From a virus (lineage: Duplodnaviria > Caudoviricetes), in IMG/VR virus record IMGVR_UViG_3300048060_000032, positions 1 to 38,276 of that record: a stretch of 38,276 bases of DNA. One strand, 5' to 3'. Made by a program: the position numbers and the translations under genes. Positions 17,823 to 26,935 of this stretch are shown in pieces; positions within the stretch are counted from its first letter, which is position 1, and each line of letters begins with the position of its first letter. The notes beneath the pieces were generated by a model. The model made no database searches. It was not told the DNA's origin and worked only from the letters and a program-made list of their open reading frames with translations.

Positions 17823-18923
17823 ATGAAAAAGAAAATTATAGCTTTGTCAATTTTATTTTGCGTATGTTTTTCGTTAAATGCAATGGCCGCCGATCCGGTC
17901 TTGGTGGATTGCCCCATTGACACATGGACAAAAGTCGCTACTGACGTTAAAAACGCAGATGTGTTTCCCATGAAAAAAACATTTTATATTTATACTGTGC
18001 GAGATACTGGCGGAGCGGCACCGACAAATGATGACGATGCTGTGCTTCTGCCGACTAATGGTAAAAATGTAATTGCTAACCCAGCAGTGGATATATACAT
18101 AAAAACAAGAAGCACACCGGGAAGGGTTAGGGTTTTTGTTGTTGAACCTACGTTTAGCATACAGGAAAGCACTGGTAATGTTAATGTACACGATGCAGAT
18201 TCACATTTTAATTTATTAAATTTACATGCAAGAAGGGATACTGGTGTATTTACTACAATGGGTGCTGGTGGTGCAGCAGCAGGTGTAAGCGTATTTGATG
18301 TAACTACTGGCGCCGGCAGTTTATTTAGTTCGGATGATAGAATTGTCATTGAGGAAGGCATTATAAGTGAATCTAACACGTTAAGGATATTTTCAATAAA
18401 TTCCGATACATTAACCGTAGATGTGCCATTAGAAAACACATATACCGCATCAGCGGAAGTAAGGAAAGTTGAAATTGACCTTTCATTGGCTAACGGAACA
18501 ATAACAACACCTGTAATCTATGAAATAGCTCCACCTGTGTCCGATGTTTTTCACATTACGGAAACGAAGCTATATATCGAAGATGGCCCACAGCCAGGTA
18601 TTGAGCTATATGGCGGTATACCAGAATTGGCAGCCCCAATAGTTTTTAGATTTGAAACAACACTGTCAGGTAATAGAGATATATTGAAACTGAGAAGTAA
18701 TGGTGATATGAAAGAATATTTCGGCCCTCCCAATGTAGAATTTATTCCTAAAATAGGTGGTGGAGATTATGCCACCATTGGCCATTGGCGTTTAGAAGAA
18801 CAAACTGCTTCAATTATACGGCTTGATGGTTCTGTAGGAGATAAATTAAAAATAATTATTCAAGATGACTTAACAGCACTTACATGGCACGAGTTGGTTG
18901 TGCTAGGTCACAAAGAAGAATAA
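17823..18923 (+). CDS. Beta-rich multi-domain protein with Sec-type signal peptide
   Basis: MKKKIIALSILFCVCFSLNAMA-ADP; AGGAG RBS. Confidence 0.65.
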   Translation: MKKKIIALSILFCVCFSLNAMAADPVLVDCPIDTWTKVATDVKNADVFPMKKTFYIYTVRDTGGAAPTNDDDAVLLPTNGKNVIANPAVDIYIKTRSTPGRVRVFVVEPTFSIQESTGNVNVHDADSHFNLLNLHARRDTGVFTTMGAGGAAAGVSVFDVTTGAGSLFSSDDRIVIEEGIISESNTLRIFSINSDTLTVDVPLENTYTASAEVRKVEIDLSLANGTITTPVIYEIAPPVSDVFHITETKLYIEDGPQPGIELYGGIPELAAPIVFRFETTLSGNRDILKLRSNGDMKEYFGPPNVEFIPKIGGGDYATIGHWRLEEQTASIIRLDGSVGDKLKIIIQDDLTALTWHELVVLGHKEE

Positions 18924-18933
18924 AAGGGGAAAT

Positions 18934-19356
18934 ATGTCAGACAAATTTAACTCAAAATGTTTTTTGTGGAGCTTGGTAGTTATATTGTCATTGTTGTTAA
19001 TAGCTGTCTCTGTGTATATTGCCAAAAGTGAAGCATCCAAATACATGACACGAGTACATGGCTGGTGTGATGTGGCCAACGTTATTGGGCCTATTACTTT
19101 GAATGCATCAACATCGGTTAAAATAGCAGATGCTAACCATAGAAGGATATATTTCTACGTTACAAATGGAGACGGAGAACCGGTATGGATTAAACCGCAA
19201 CCTGCCAATACAGATAATGAAAAGAAGGGCATATATCTTGGTCAATCTGGAGAAACACCTAACTTTTGGGAAATGCAAGTTACTAACATATATGCTGGTG
19301 AAATATCCGCTATTGCTGTTAGCGGAAACCCTGAAGTATATGTTACAGAATACTAG
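18934..19356 (+). CDS. Small beta-sandwich protein with N-terminal TM/signal segment
   Basis: FLWSLVVILSLLLIAVSVYIA..ASEA-like cleavage region; ANHRRIYFYVTN..YAGEISAIA motif seen in phage virion proteins. Confidence 0.6.
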   Translation: MSDKFNSKCFLWSLVVILSLLLIAVSVYIAKSEASKYMTRVHGWCDVANVIGPITLNASTSVKIADANHRRIYFYVTNGDGEPVWIKPQPANTDNEKKGIYLGQSGETPNFWEMQVTNIYAGEISAIAVSGNPEVYVTEY

Positions 19357-19364
19357 GAGGTAAA

Positions 19365-20699
19365 ATGCAACACCAACTTTGGTTAGCCGAGCCCGAATAT
19401 ATCGCCATGTATGTTGAAAGGATAGAAAACGCTACCACTGAGCAAATTCAGGCCGCAAATGACATGTTTAGCAATACTGAATTGCCAAACATAATGACAA
19501 TTGCCAACGGTGAGGCTGTAATTAAAATAGAGGGAGTATTATCCAGAACAGGCCCCTCGCCAATAGCTAGATTTTTCGGATTTAACGGCACAGGATTTAA
19601 TGACATTATTGAATCGTTGCAAATTGCTCAAGAAGACCCTGAAGTTAATGTCATTAGGCTATCCATGAATACTCCGGGCGGGACTGTTGATGGCACAGAC
19701 GAGACTTTTCAGGCAATCATGGAGGCCAGAAAAACCAAACCAGTTATTGCCGAAAACCATGACATGATCGCCTCTGCCGGATATTGGATCGCTTCTGCCG
19801 CTGATAAAATAACCGCAATGTCACCAGCCGCAGAAACCGGTTCGATTGGCGTTGTAGTAGTTGGGGCGGATTTTTCAAAAGCATACGAAAAGATAGGAAT
19901 AAAAATCGTTAAAATAGTATCGAAGTCTGCCCCGGATAAAGCCCCGGATATAGGCAAAAAAGAGGGCGTCGCAGTTATTCAGGATAGAGTTGATGCCATA
20001 GAGCGTGTATTTTTAGAGCGAGTTTCCCAGGGGAGGGGAGTCTCAGTTGAACATATAAAAGAGAACTTTGGGCAAGGAGGCTTATTGATCGCCCAAGATG
20101 TAGAGAATAAACCTGGAGCACTGTCAGTTGGCATGATAGATGCCATAACAGCTCCTACTAAGCCAGTAACAGTACAAAATCAAGGCGGAGCTTCCTCATT
20201 ACACAGCAATGAATCCAACGATTTATCCACTGTCGATAATGCAGAACGCAACAAAACCGCCAAAACAACCAAGCATGAAAGAGAGGAAAAATCTATGGAT
20301 TTACAAACATTTTTATCTGAAAATCCAGCGGCTAAAGCTGAGTTCGAAGCAAAAATATCTGAGGCCCGAAATGCCGGTAATCAGTCCGGGAGAAAGACTG
20401 TAACCGACAGGATAAATAAGGTTTTGCCACATTTAGCGGTAGACAGTAATTATCCTAAAGCAATAAAAGAATTGTGCCTTAAGGTTTTAAGTGGTGAAAG
20501 CCCGCCTGAAACTTTGGATGCCTGCGTCACTATGCATGACGCCAAAAAGGAAGAAGCGGCGGCCAATGCAGCTGAAGAAGAAACTGCAAACCAGGCCGAA
20601 ACTCCGCCAAGCCAGCAAGTGGCTATTGTACAAGGCGGTAGCATAGATTCACCTGATGATCTTGATGCCGAGGCCGCTAGAATAAGGGGGGATGTATAA
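19365..20699 (+). CDS. S49 (gpC-like) head maturation protease with C-terminal scaffold
   Basis: NTPGGTVDG, ASAGYWIASAAD, TGSIGV. Confidence 0.92.
   Translation: MQHQLWLAEPEYIAMYVERIENATTEQIQAANDMFSNTELPNIMTIANGEAVIKIEGVLSRTGPSPIARFFGFNGTGFNDIIESLQIAQEDPEVNVIRLSMNTPGGTVDGTDETFQAIMEARKTKPVIAENHDMIASAGYWIASAADKITAMSPAAETGSIGVVVVGADFSKAYEKIGIKIVKIVSKSAPDKAPDIGKKEGVAVIQDRVDAIERVFLERVSQGRGVSVEHIKENFGQGGLLIAQDVENKPGALSVGMIDAITAPTKPVTVQNQGGASSLHSNESNDLSTVDNAERNKTAKTTKHEREEKSMDLQTFLSENPAAKAEFEAKISEARNAGNQSGRKTVTDRINKVLPHLAVDSNYPKAIKELCLKVLSGESPPETLDACVTMHDAKKEEAAANAAEEETANQAETPPSQQVAIVQGGSIDSPDDLDAEAARIRGDV
20295..20699 (+). CDS. Nested in-frame scaffolding protein (Nu3-like)
   Basis: GAGAGG RBS before the in-frame ATG (MDLQTFLSENP..), as in lambda C/Nu3. 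Confidence 0.55.
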   Translation: MDLQTFLSENPAAKAEFEAKISEARNAGNQSGRKTVTDRINKVLPHLAVDSNYPKAIKELCLKVLSGESPPETLDACVTMHDAKKEEAAANAAEEETANQAETPPSQQVAIVQGGSIDSPDDLDAEAARIRGDV

Positions 20700-21502
20700 T
20701 GTCAGTACAAGTAAGCCGAGATATTAATACCCAGCCGTTTCTTTTAGGCGGTCATCCAGTTTCGAAACATGACGGCACGATTTTACAGGATGCCGGAAGG
20801 TCGGCAGCCCTCGCACCTTTTACCGTAATGGCTCAGGTGCCTAGTTCTTTGAAGTTTGTGCCACTTACAGACGTAGACCCTACTATTACAGTCGCTAAAA
20901 TGGTTTGCGGTGCAAATGGAGCAAACCTAGCCGCATGGCAGGCCGTCACTGATGGTGAATTTAAAATTAGTGTTGATGGGGTTGAAATATCCGTGACCGG
21001 ATTGGATTTTTCCTCAATTACCGCCTTAGATGAAATAGTAGACACCATTAACGCCGTGTTTTTAGGGCGCTGTGTGGCTATATATGATTCCAAAGCGGAT
21101 GTCGTAAGCTTTATAAGCCCTACCCCTGGACTGAATGGCTCCGTGACTGTTTTAACCGCCGGGGCCGCTGGAACGGATATATCTGGCGCAGGGTTTTTAA
21201 ATGGTTTAACAGGTACCGGAACAGCAACCGCAGGTGCGGGAGACGACGGCCAGAATCTACCCTACGGCATTTATATGGGGCCGAGCATTACCGCCGCTGC
21301 ATTGGTGGCTGGGGATGTTTCAGATAGCCCGATATTAATCGGTGGCACCGGAGCTTTGGTTGATGAAAATCAAATAGTACTTGAGAATTCATTAACTCTT
21401 GATTCGGTTGTTATCTCAAAGAACGCAACCATTAGGGGCGTTTTAGAGGCCAGGGGAATCGTTCCTAAAGATTCTGTTGACATTTCATCTTATCAAGCAT
21501 AA
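20699..21502 (+). CDS. Head decoration protein (gpD position) with inserted domain
   Basis: Between protease and capsid; FTVMAQ..KFVPL and DG..LPYGI..LEARGI flank an insert of about 120 aa. Confidence 0.7.
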   Translation: MSVQVSRDINTQPFLLGGHPVSKHDGTILQDAGRSAALAPFTVMAQVPSSLKFVPLTDVDPTITVAKMVCGANGANLAAWQAVTDGEFKISVDGVEISVTGLDFSSITALDEIVDTINAVFLGRCVAIYDSKADVVSFISPTPGLNGSVTVLTAGAAGTDISGAGFLNGLTGTGTATAGAGDDGQNLPYGIYMGPSITAAALVAGDVSDSPILIGGTGALVDENQIVLENSLTLDSVVISKNATIRGVLEARGIVPKDSVDISSYQA

Positions 21503-21517
21503 GGAGGTAAATAAACA

Positions 21518-22732
21518 ATGAGTCAGTTATCAAATCCTATAGCCCTCGATTCGTATAGCCGTTTTATGGTTCAGGCATTCGATGAGCGAGACATTATAGG
21601 AGTTCCGACAGCTTTTCAAGCGTTTTTTGGGAGGCCAGAAACAGGAGGAAAAACCCTGTTTTCCCCTAACTCCAGCGTAGTTGATATTGATATTCTGAGG
21701 GGGAATGAAAAGATAGCGCCACTTATCAGGAGAGGCGTTGTTTCCACTAATTCTTCTGGAATGAGTACCCAGGAAGGAAAATCTACCAACCAGTCTCGAA
21801 TATATCCCTTGATTGAGGAAGAGGGAAGCATTTCGGCATCAGAGCTTAATGACCGGGTTGCCGGGGAAGCTGTTAGTGGTTCAGGCGTAACAAAGGAAGG
21901 CCGATTACGCTTAAAAGCGCTTGCAATCCACAAAGAGCATGTGCGGCGTATTGCCAGAACCTTTGAGGTGCTTTGTGCTCAAAGCATTCTTACAGGTAAA
22001 ATGGATGCAATAATAGGGACTAGTGAAACTGCCTTACAGTATGACTTCCGCAGATTGGCGACACACATCATAACAGTAGGTACGGCCTGGGATGCTGCCA
22101 CCCCAGACATAATGGGAGACTTTGATACCGCTTGCGGGTTGATCCGTCAGGATGGGCATGTAACCGCCGACATGACTATTATTGGGGAGGGTGCTTTTTC
22201 GGCTTTTCTAAATGATACAACCACCAAGGCACTAGCAGATAATCGCCGTATCGAAATGATACAGGTTAGCAAAAACCATCCAGTCCCGGATAAGTTCGCT
22301 AGGTTTATAGCCGGGGGACTTACTCCCCGTGGCAGCTTGACAACTCCCGGTGGTCGCACCCTGTGGATGTTTACTTATGATGATTTATACGTTGATCTGT
22401 CGGATGCAAGCACCCTGTATATGCCAACTGGCTCAGCGCTGGTTTGTGCGTCAGGTGCCCGTTGTGACCGCTATTTCGGCCCCAGTGAATTGTTGCCAAT
22501 GGATACGGTACGCAGTACATGGTATCAGTCATTGTTTGGTTTTTCTCCGGCAATTCCACCCATGCCGCCCAATATTAAAGGTATGGATCACGCCATTAAT
22601 CCGGCAATGTTTTACCATGACGCTTATCATGGTGGAAATCAAAAAGGGGTAACTGTTCGTAGTCAAGCAGCCCCTATTTTCTCCACAACCATGACCGATG
22701 CGTTTGTGACCCTTAACGGATTATTAACCTAA
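21518..22732 (+). CDS. Major capsid protein (lambda gpE family)
   Basis: VDIDILRG..IAPLI, RRIARTFEVLCAQSILTGK, QSAP-like SQAAP; AAGGAGG RBS. Confidence 0.9.
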   Translation: MSQLSNPIALDSYSRFMVQAFDERDIIGVPTAFQAFFGRPETGGKTLFSPNSSVVDIDILRGNEKIAPLIRRGVVSTNSSGMSTQEGKSTNQSRIYPLIEEEGSISASELNDRVAGEAVSGSGVTKEGRLRLKALAIHKEHVRRIARTFEVLCAQSILTGKMDAIIGTSETALQYDFRRLATHIITVGTAWDAATPDIMGDFDTACGLIRQDGHVTADMTIIGEGAFSAFLNDTTTKALADNRRIEMIQVSKNHPVPDKFARFIAGGLTPRGSLTTPGGRTLWMFTYDDLYVDLSDASTLYMPTGSALVCASGARCDRYFGPSELLPMDTVRSTWYQSLFGFSPAIPPMPPNIKGMDHAINPAMFYHDAYHGGNQKGVTVRSQAAPIFSTTMTDAFVTLNGLLT

Positions 22733-22749
22733 TAACGAAAGAGATTAAA

Positions 22750-23106
22750 ATGCTAAAATGGATCGGTGAAGGGGTGTTGAAGTATGGCACTAAACTCATC
22801 AAACATGGTGAAAACATACCGGCAGATATGCCAAAGTCACATGTAAATTCACTCAAAAAACGGGGGTTGATAGGGGAACTGCTTTTAGCGGTTCCCCTAG
22901 TTGCCCCGGAAGTGTCCACATTAACAAGTAATCTGGAAAAAGCAAATGAGAATATAATCGCTTTGGAGAGTGAGCTTGAAAAGTCTAAGAATGTCGTATT
23001 ATCTTTGGAGGCGGAGGTTGCGGAATTAAAAACCTCTAACAACGATTTAATACAGAGGATTAAAACACTTGAAAACCAAAAGAAAACAAGAGGGGGAAAC
23101 AAGTGA
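22750..23106 (+). CDS. Hypothetical protein with C-terminal coiled coil (gpFI position)
   Basis: Directly after the capsid gene; heptad repeats. Confidence 0.55.
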   Translation: MLKWIGEGVLKYGTKLIKHGENIPADMPKSHVNSLKKRGLIGELLLAVPLVAPEVSTLTSNLEKANENIIALESELEKSKNVVLSLEAEVAELKTSNNDLIQRIKTLENQKKTRGGNK

Positions 23107-23255
23107 AACTAACTAAAGGAGTAACCGTCCGGCATGAGGGCAAAGTCCACAAGGGAGAGTGTCCAGATGATGTTGCGGAAGCGGTTAGGCTGAAAGCGAA
23201 AGAATCAGTTGTAGAGTTGGTTAAGCCTAAACCAAAAAAGGAAGCCAAACCTTGA
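23103..23255 (+). CDS. 50-aa basic protein
   Basis: GTG..TGA ORF MKLTKGVTVRHEGKVHKGECP.. coupled to both neighbours (GTGA and TTGA overlaps). Confidence 0.55.
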   Translation: MKLTKGVTVRHEGKVHKGECPDDVAEAVRLKAKESVVELVKPKPKKEAKP

Positions 23256-23653
23256 CAACTAACCTGCGGGAAAGAGCCGAATCTGACCTGAAACATTCAC
23301 TAGAGAGTGGGTTCGGACTTCCCGTCACATTGATAGACCCGGACGGTGTAACTATTGACACCAAAAATGGCACAACCGATCCATTGGTTGGCCAAGTGTT
23401 ATATGATACCGTCCGGGTTAATCCTGAAACGGGAGAGGATATGATCGTCAACAACCCGATTGTGACTTTAAGGCGATCCAGCCTCTCCCGTATTCCTAAG
23501 GCAGGGGAAAAGTGGTTTGTTAAAATACCTGTTACACCAAGCGAAACGGCAGAGCTTGTCGATTTTGTAACAGATTCCACAAGGCCGCCAGAGGGTGGCA
23601 ACTCCATCGGTTTTGTCAGATTGTACTTGCGAAAGGCGCAGCAGAAATTATGA
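23252..23653 (+). CDS. Head-tail joining protein (gpFII-like)
   Basis: Synteny; beta-rich; PIVTLRRSSL..P..GE.W. Confidence 0.6.
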   Translation: MTTNLRERAESDLKHSLESGFGLPVTLIDPDGVTIDTKNGTTDPLVGQVLYDTVRVNPETGEDMIVNNPIVTLRRSSLSRIPKAGEKWFVKIPVTPSETAELVDFVTDSTRPPEGGNSIGFVRLYLRKAQQKL

Positions 23654-24294
23654 TGAACTTTCGTAATACACAAGAAAGCCTAATTAAAAACATCTTGGGG
23701 CCTGCTGAAAAAGGCAGATTCAGGGTTATTGGATTCCAGCGACAAGCAAAAAGTGCCTCTGAAGTCTTAGACTGTAAAAGGCTTGTTCAGGTTTATTATT
23801 CAGCTGGTGAATTTGGTAAATCAGGTGGTAGGCTTACCGGGCCGGTTCAACACGACATAACGTTTAAGGTTGAATTAACAGTTAGCAAGGGAGTTGAAGC
23901 CGATCTTAACATTATAAATTCAGAGTCATCAACAGAGCAGGAAGTGAGCCTTGAAATTGCCAAAATAAAGGAAGGCTCTGCTGAAGCCGATAAATCATTT
24001 GACGAGTTAGTGGAAATAGTATATCAGATTTTGATGGATGCGAGGAATTATGACCTTGGAATGCCTAAAGGAACTGTGAGTAATCGTTGGATTGATAGAA
24101 TACAAAAAGACATTCCAGCCCCTAATGGAGAATACGTTATACTTACCGGCTCTATGGATTTAACTGTAAGGGCTGTTGAGGATGTTAAAGGCGAGGAAGG
24201 GTTTGGAATTGCCGAAATTTACGATGTCATCGTCGATCAAGACGGTGACGATGTAGAAAAAGCCGGGGTATCCGGCACACTAGGAGGTAGTTGA
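23650..24294 (+). CDS. Putative tail terminator/completion protein
   Basis: Directly upstream of the sheath gene. Confidence 0.5.
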   Translation: MMNFRNTQESLIKNILGPAEKGRFRVIGFQRQAKSASEVLDCKRLVQVYYSAGEFGKSGGRLTGPVQHDITFKVELTVSKGVEADLNIINSESSTEQEVSLEIAKIKEGSAEADKSFDELVEIVYQILMDARNYDLGMPKGTVSNRWIDRIQKDIPAPNGEYVILTGSMDLTVRAVEDVKGEEGFGIAEIYDVIVDQDGDDVEKAGVSGTLGGS

Positions 24295-24295
24295 T

Positions 24296-25840
24296 ATGCC
24301 ATTAAACGATACAAGTTTAGCCGCAGCTGTCGGTGTAGCGGCTAAAAACGTTCAATTTATACCGGCTGCGGAAAACGTCCCCCGCAAGATTTTAGTTATC
24401 GGGACATACGACCCATTAAAAATACTAGTTGTAGATGAAGTTCCTGTGCAGGTTTTCAGCCCGGAAGATGCCGGTGACAAGTTTGGGTTTGGGTTTATGA
24501 TTCACCGGTTAGTCACTCAGGTATTTACCGGTTCTGATGGAGTAGAGTGCTGGGTAATTCCCCAGACCGAAACTAGCGCACAATCTGCTGGATCACATAC
24601 TTTTACGGCAGTCGGGGTTAAAGCAGGTACTATGCATATGTATATAGCTGGGATATACGTACCATTTGCTGTTGAGGATGGAGATGATGCCACGGCCCTT
24701 GCGGCGGCGGCCGATGCAGCTATCGCAGCTATAAAGGAACTACCAGTAACGTCAATTCCCACTATTGGTGTGCTTGATGTTACGTCAAAGTCAGAGGGCC
24801 TATGGGGAAATGATATCTCTTTGACTTTTAATGAGCGGCCCGGTGAGGAATTTCCGGTAGGAGTATCGGTAGTTACTGTGGACATGGCTTCTGGTGCTGG
24901 AACTCCCACAATAGCGGACGCACTGGATGGCTTGGGTACTGGCGATAACGCTAACGAGGCATTTTTTACTGATGTTGTACATGGCTACGGACAGGAAACC
25001 ACTACCCTTGATGCTATTTCCACTTATGTAGGTCCCGGCAACGATTTTCTGGGCTTATATTCAAAGACAGTGGCGAGGCCATTTAGGGTGCTAACCGGAG
25101 ACGTTGCGACTGGCTCGGCGGGCTTGACCGCTTTGATTGCTTTGGGTGATGGGAGAAAAACAGATCGGGCTAGTGGTGTTATAGCGGTACCGGCATCGCC
25201 TAATCATCCCGCCGAAATAGCCGCCCAGACGATAGGACATATGGCAAGGATAAACAATGACAGGTCCGCACAGCATTACTTAGGTGTTCCATTGATTGAT
25301 ATTCTACCCGGCGCCACCGCAGATAGGTGGACAAGCGAGTATGACAACAGGGACAATGCTGTTAAAGCTGGAATATCGCCAACCAAAATACAGAGCGGCG
25401 TCGTAACGTTACAGAATGTTGTAACGTTTTATCATCCTGACAACGTGCCTGTATCATCGAATGGGTATCGCTCAATGCGCAACATTTCTATCTTGCAAAA
25501 TATCCTGGACAGTATCAGGGTAAATTTTGAGCAAGAAAAATGGCAAGGTGTGAGCATTGTATCCGATACTAGAAACGTATCCAACACCAGGGACAGACAG
25601 AAAGCCAGGGACGTCGACAGCGTTATAGATGATCTGGTTGCATTGGCAAGGGCATTTGAGCAACGTGCGTGGATATTTGATGCTCAGTTTACCATTGATG
25701 CGCTTAAGGTAGCCGGGGCCGTATCTGTCCGTTCCGGAGCTAATGGTTTTAATAGTACTCTGTCAATCATATTGTCAGGCGAGAGCAGCATATTCGATAC
25801 ATTGATTGAGTTTGATACTTCAATCGCTGTATTGCTATAG
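24296..25840 (+). CDS. Contractile tail sheath protein (Mu gpL-like)
   Basis: RKILVIG, FGFGFMIHR, GLWGNDI, AVKAGISPT..VVTFY; 514 aa. Confidence 0.88.
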   Translation: MPLNDTSLAAAVGVAAKNVQFIPAAENVPRKILVIGTYDPLKILVVDEVPVQVFSPEDAGDKFGFGFMIHRLVTQVFTGSDGVECWVIPQTETSAQSAGSHTFTAVGVKAGTMHMYIAGIYVPFAVEDGDDATALAAAADAAIAAIKELPVTSIPTIGVLDVTSKSEGLWGNDISLTFNERPGEEFPVGVSVVTVDMASGAGTPTIADALDGLGTGDNANEAFFTDVVHGYGQETTTLDAISTYVGPGNDFLGLYSKTVARPFRVLTGDVATGSAGLTALIALGDGRKTDRASGVIAVPASPNHPAEIAAQTIGHMARINNDRSAQHYLGVPLIDILPGATADRWTSEYDNRDNAVKAGISPTKIQSGVVTLQNVVTFYHPDNVPVSSNGYRSMRNISILQNILDSIRVNFEQEKWQGVSIVSDTRNVSNTRDRQKARDVDSVIDDLVALARAFEQRAWIFDAQFTIDALKVAGAVSVRSGANGFNSTLSIILSGESSIFDTLIEFDTSIAVLL

Positions 25841-25851
25841 AAAGGAGGTTA

Positions 25852-26235
25852 ATGATGGGAGACGTAGCGGGTTCAATTAGAAAAGTTATATTAGATGGTG
25901 TGACATATGATGTTCCGGGAGATGTAAATATAACAGAAATTGGCGGAGCGTATGAAAACGAATCAATTCCCTCCTCTGGACGTAATATGAAAAAAATGAC
26001 TAAACGATCAGAAAACCGTGAGGGGGTTGTGCTGCTCTGTAATGGCGGAGAGAGAGAATTATTAAAAGAGCTTTCAGAGCGTACTACTGATTTTCCCATG
26101 TCATATGAAACCGCCGGTGGTGATACTTATACGGCTGTTGGTTGGATTGAATTTGAAAACCGAGAAACCGAGGAAAACAGAGCCACCGTGCAGTTACACC
26201 CCAGGGGAAAATGGGATTCATTTTTAGCCAATTAA
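25852..26235 (+). CDS. Tail tube protein
   Basis: Follows the sheath; 127 aa, beta-rich; AAGGAGG RBS. Confidence 0.75.
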   Translation: MMGDVAGSIRKVILDGVTYDVPGDVNITEIGGAYENESIPSSGRNMKKMTKRSENREGVVLLCNGGERELLKELSERTTDFPMSYETAGGDTYTAVGWIEFENRETEENRATVQLHPRGKWDSFLAN

Positions 26236-26339
26236 AAATAAGAGTATGCCGCATGCCGGATAAAACAGCATCGAATCCTGACGGCGCAGGCTGCCATGAG
26301 TCCGGCATTACTTTAACCCTTTGATTCGGAGGAATCGAG

Positions 26340-26759
26340 ATGACTGAAGAAAAACCCGCCAAAAAGCAAATAATCAGCGAAGAAGTAGCTACAGAGCAAA
26401 TGCAGATGTTCTATGACTACTACGATATGGCAATTGAAGAAGCCTCAGAAAGACAAAGCGAGGTTTTGCAGCTCATCAACAAGCGCCTTATTAAGGCCAT
26501 TCGCAATGGCAGGCTTACCATAGATAATAAAAATGGTTTAGAAGTAATCCAAACCTTACAAACAGGTAAACAATTGAAATATAAAGTAATATCTGGCGAA
26601 GCAAAGCAAGCCATGAAAGCAAGTGCAGAACAAGACCACCTAAGAAATTGCCAGTTGATCGGTTATTTAACTGGAAAAGGTAGTGGAGGTATTGGAAAAT
26701 TGGAAGGAATCGATATGTCGGTTTCTGAGTGTTTAGGTGCGCTTTTTTTGCATGTATAG
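26340..26759 (+). CDS. Tail assembly chaperone (G-like)
   Basis: Between tube and tape measure; ends at a slippery site. Confidence 0.7.
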   Translation: MTEEKPAKKQIISEEVATEQMQMFYDYYDMAIEEASERQSEVLQLINKRLIKAIRNGRLTIDNKNGLEVIQTLQTGKQLKYKVISGEAKQAMKASAEQDHLRNCQLIGYLTGKGSGGIGKLEGIDMSVSECLGALFLHV

Positions 26760-26935
26760 AACAGGTTAGTCAATGGATGGGAAACCTGTTCTACAGAAGA
26801 GTGCAACCGTCTGAAATAAACGCTATGGATTATAGCGAAATGAAATATTGGAACGGATGGCACTTGCTCATGGAGCAAGCTGAAAAAGATGCCATCAAAG
26901 ATGCTGAAAACAAAGGAAAAAGGAAAAGTCGATAA
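26744..26935 (+). CDS. -1 frameshift extension of the tail chaperone (GT-like)
   Basis: T TTT TTG heptamer at 26744-26750 in frame; the -1 frame stays open to 26935 (QPSEINAMDYSEMKYW). Confidence 0.7.
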   Translation, partial: FFACIEQVSQWMGNLFYRRVQPSEINAMDYSEMKYWNGWHLLMEQAEKDAIKDAENKGKRKSR

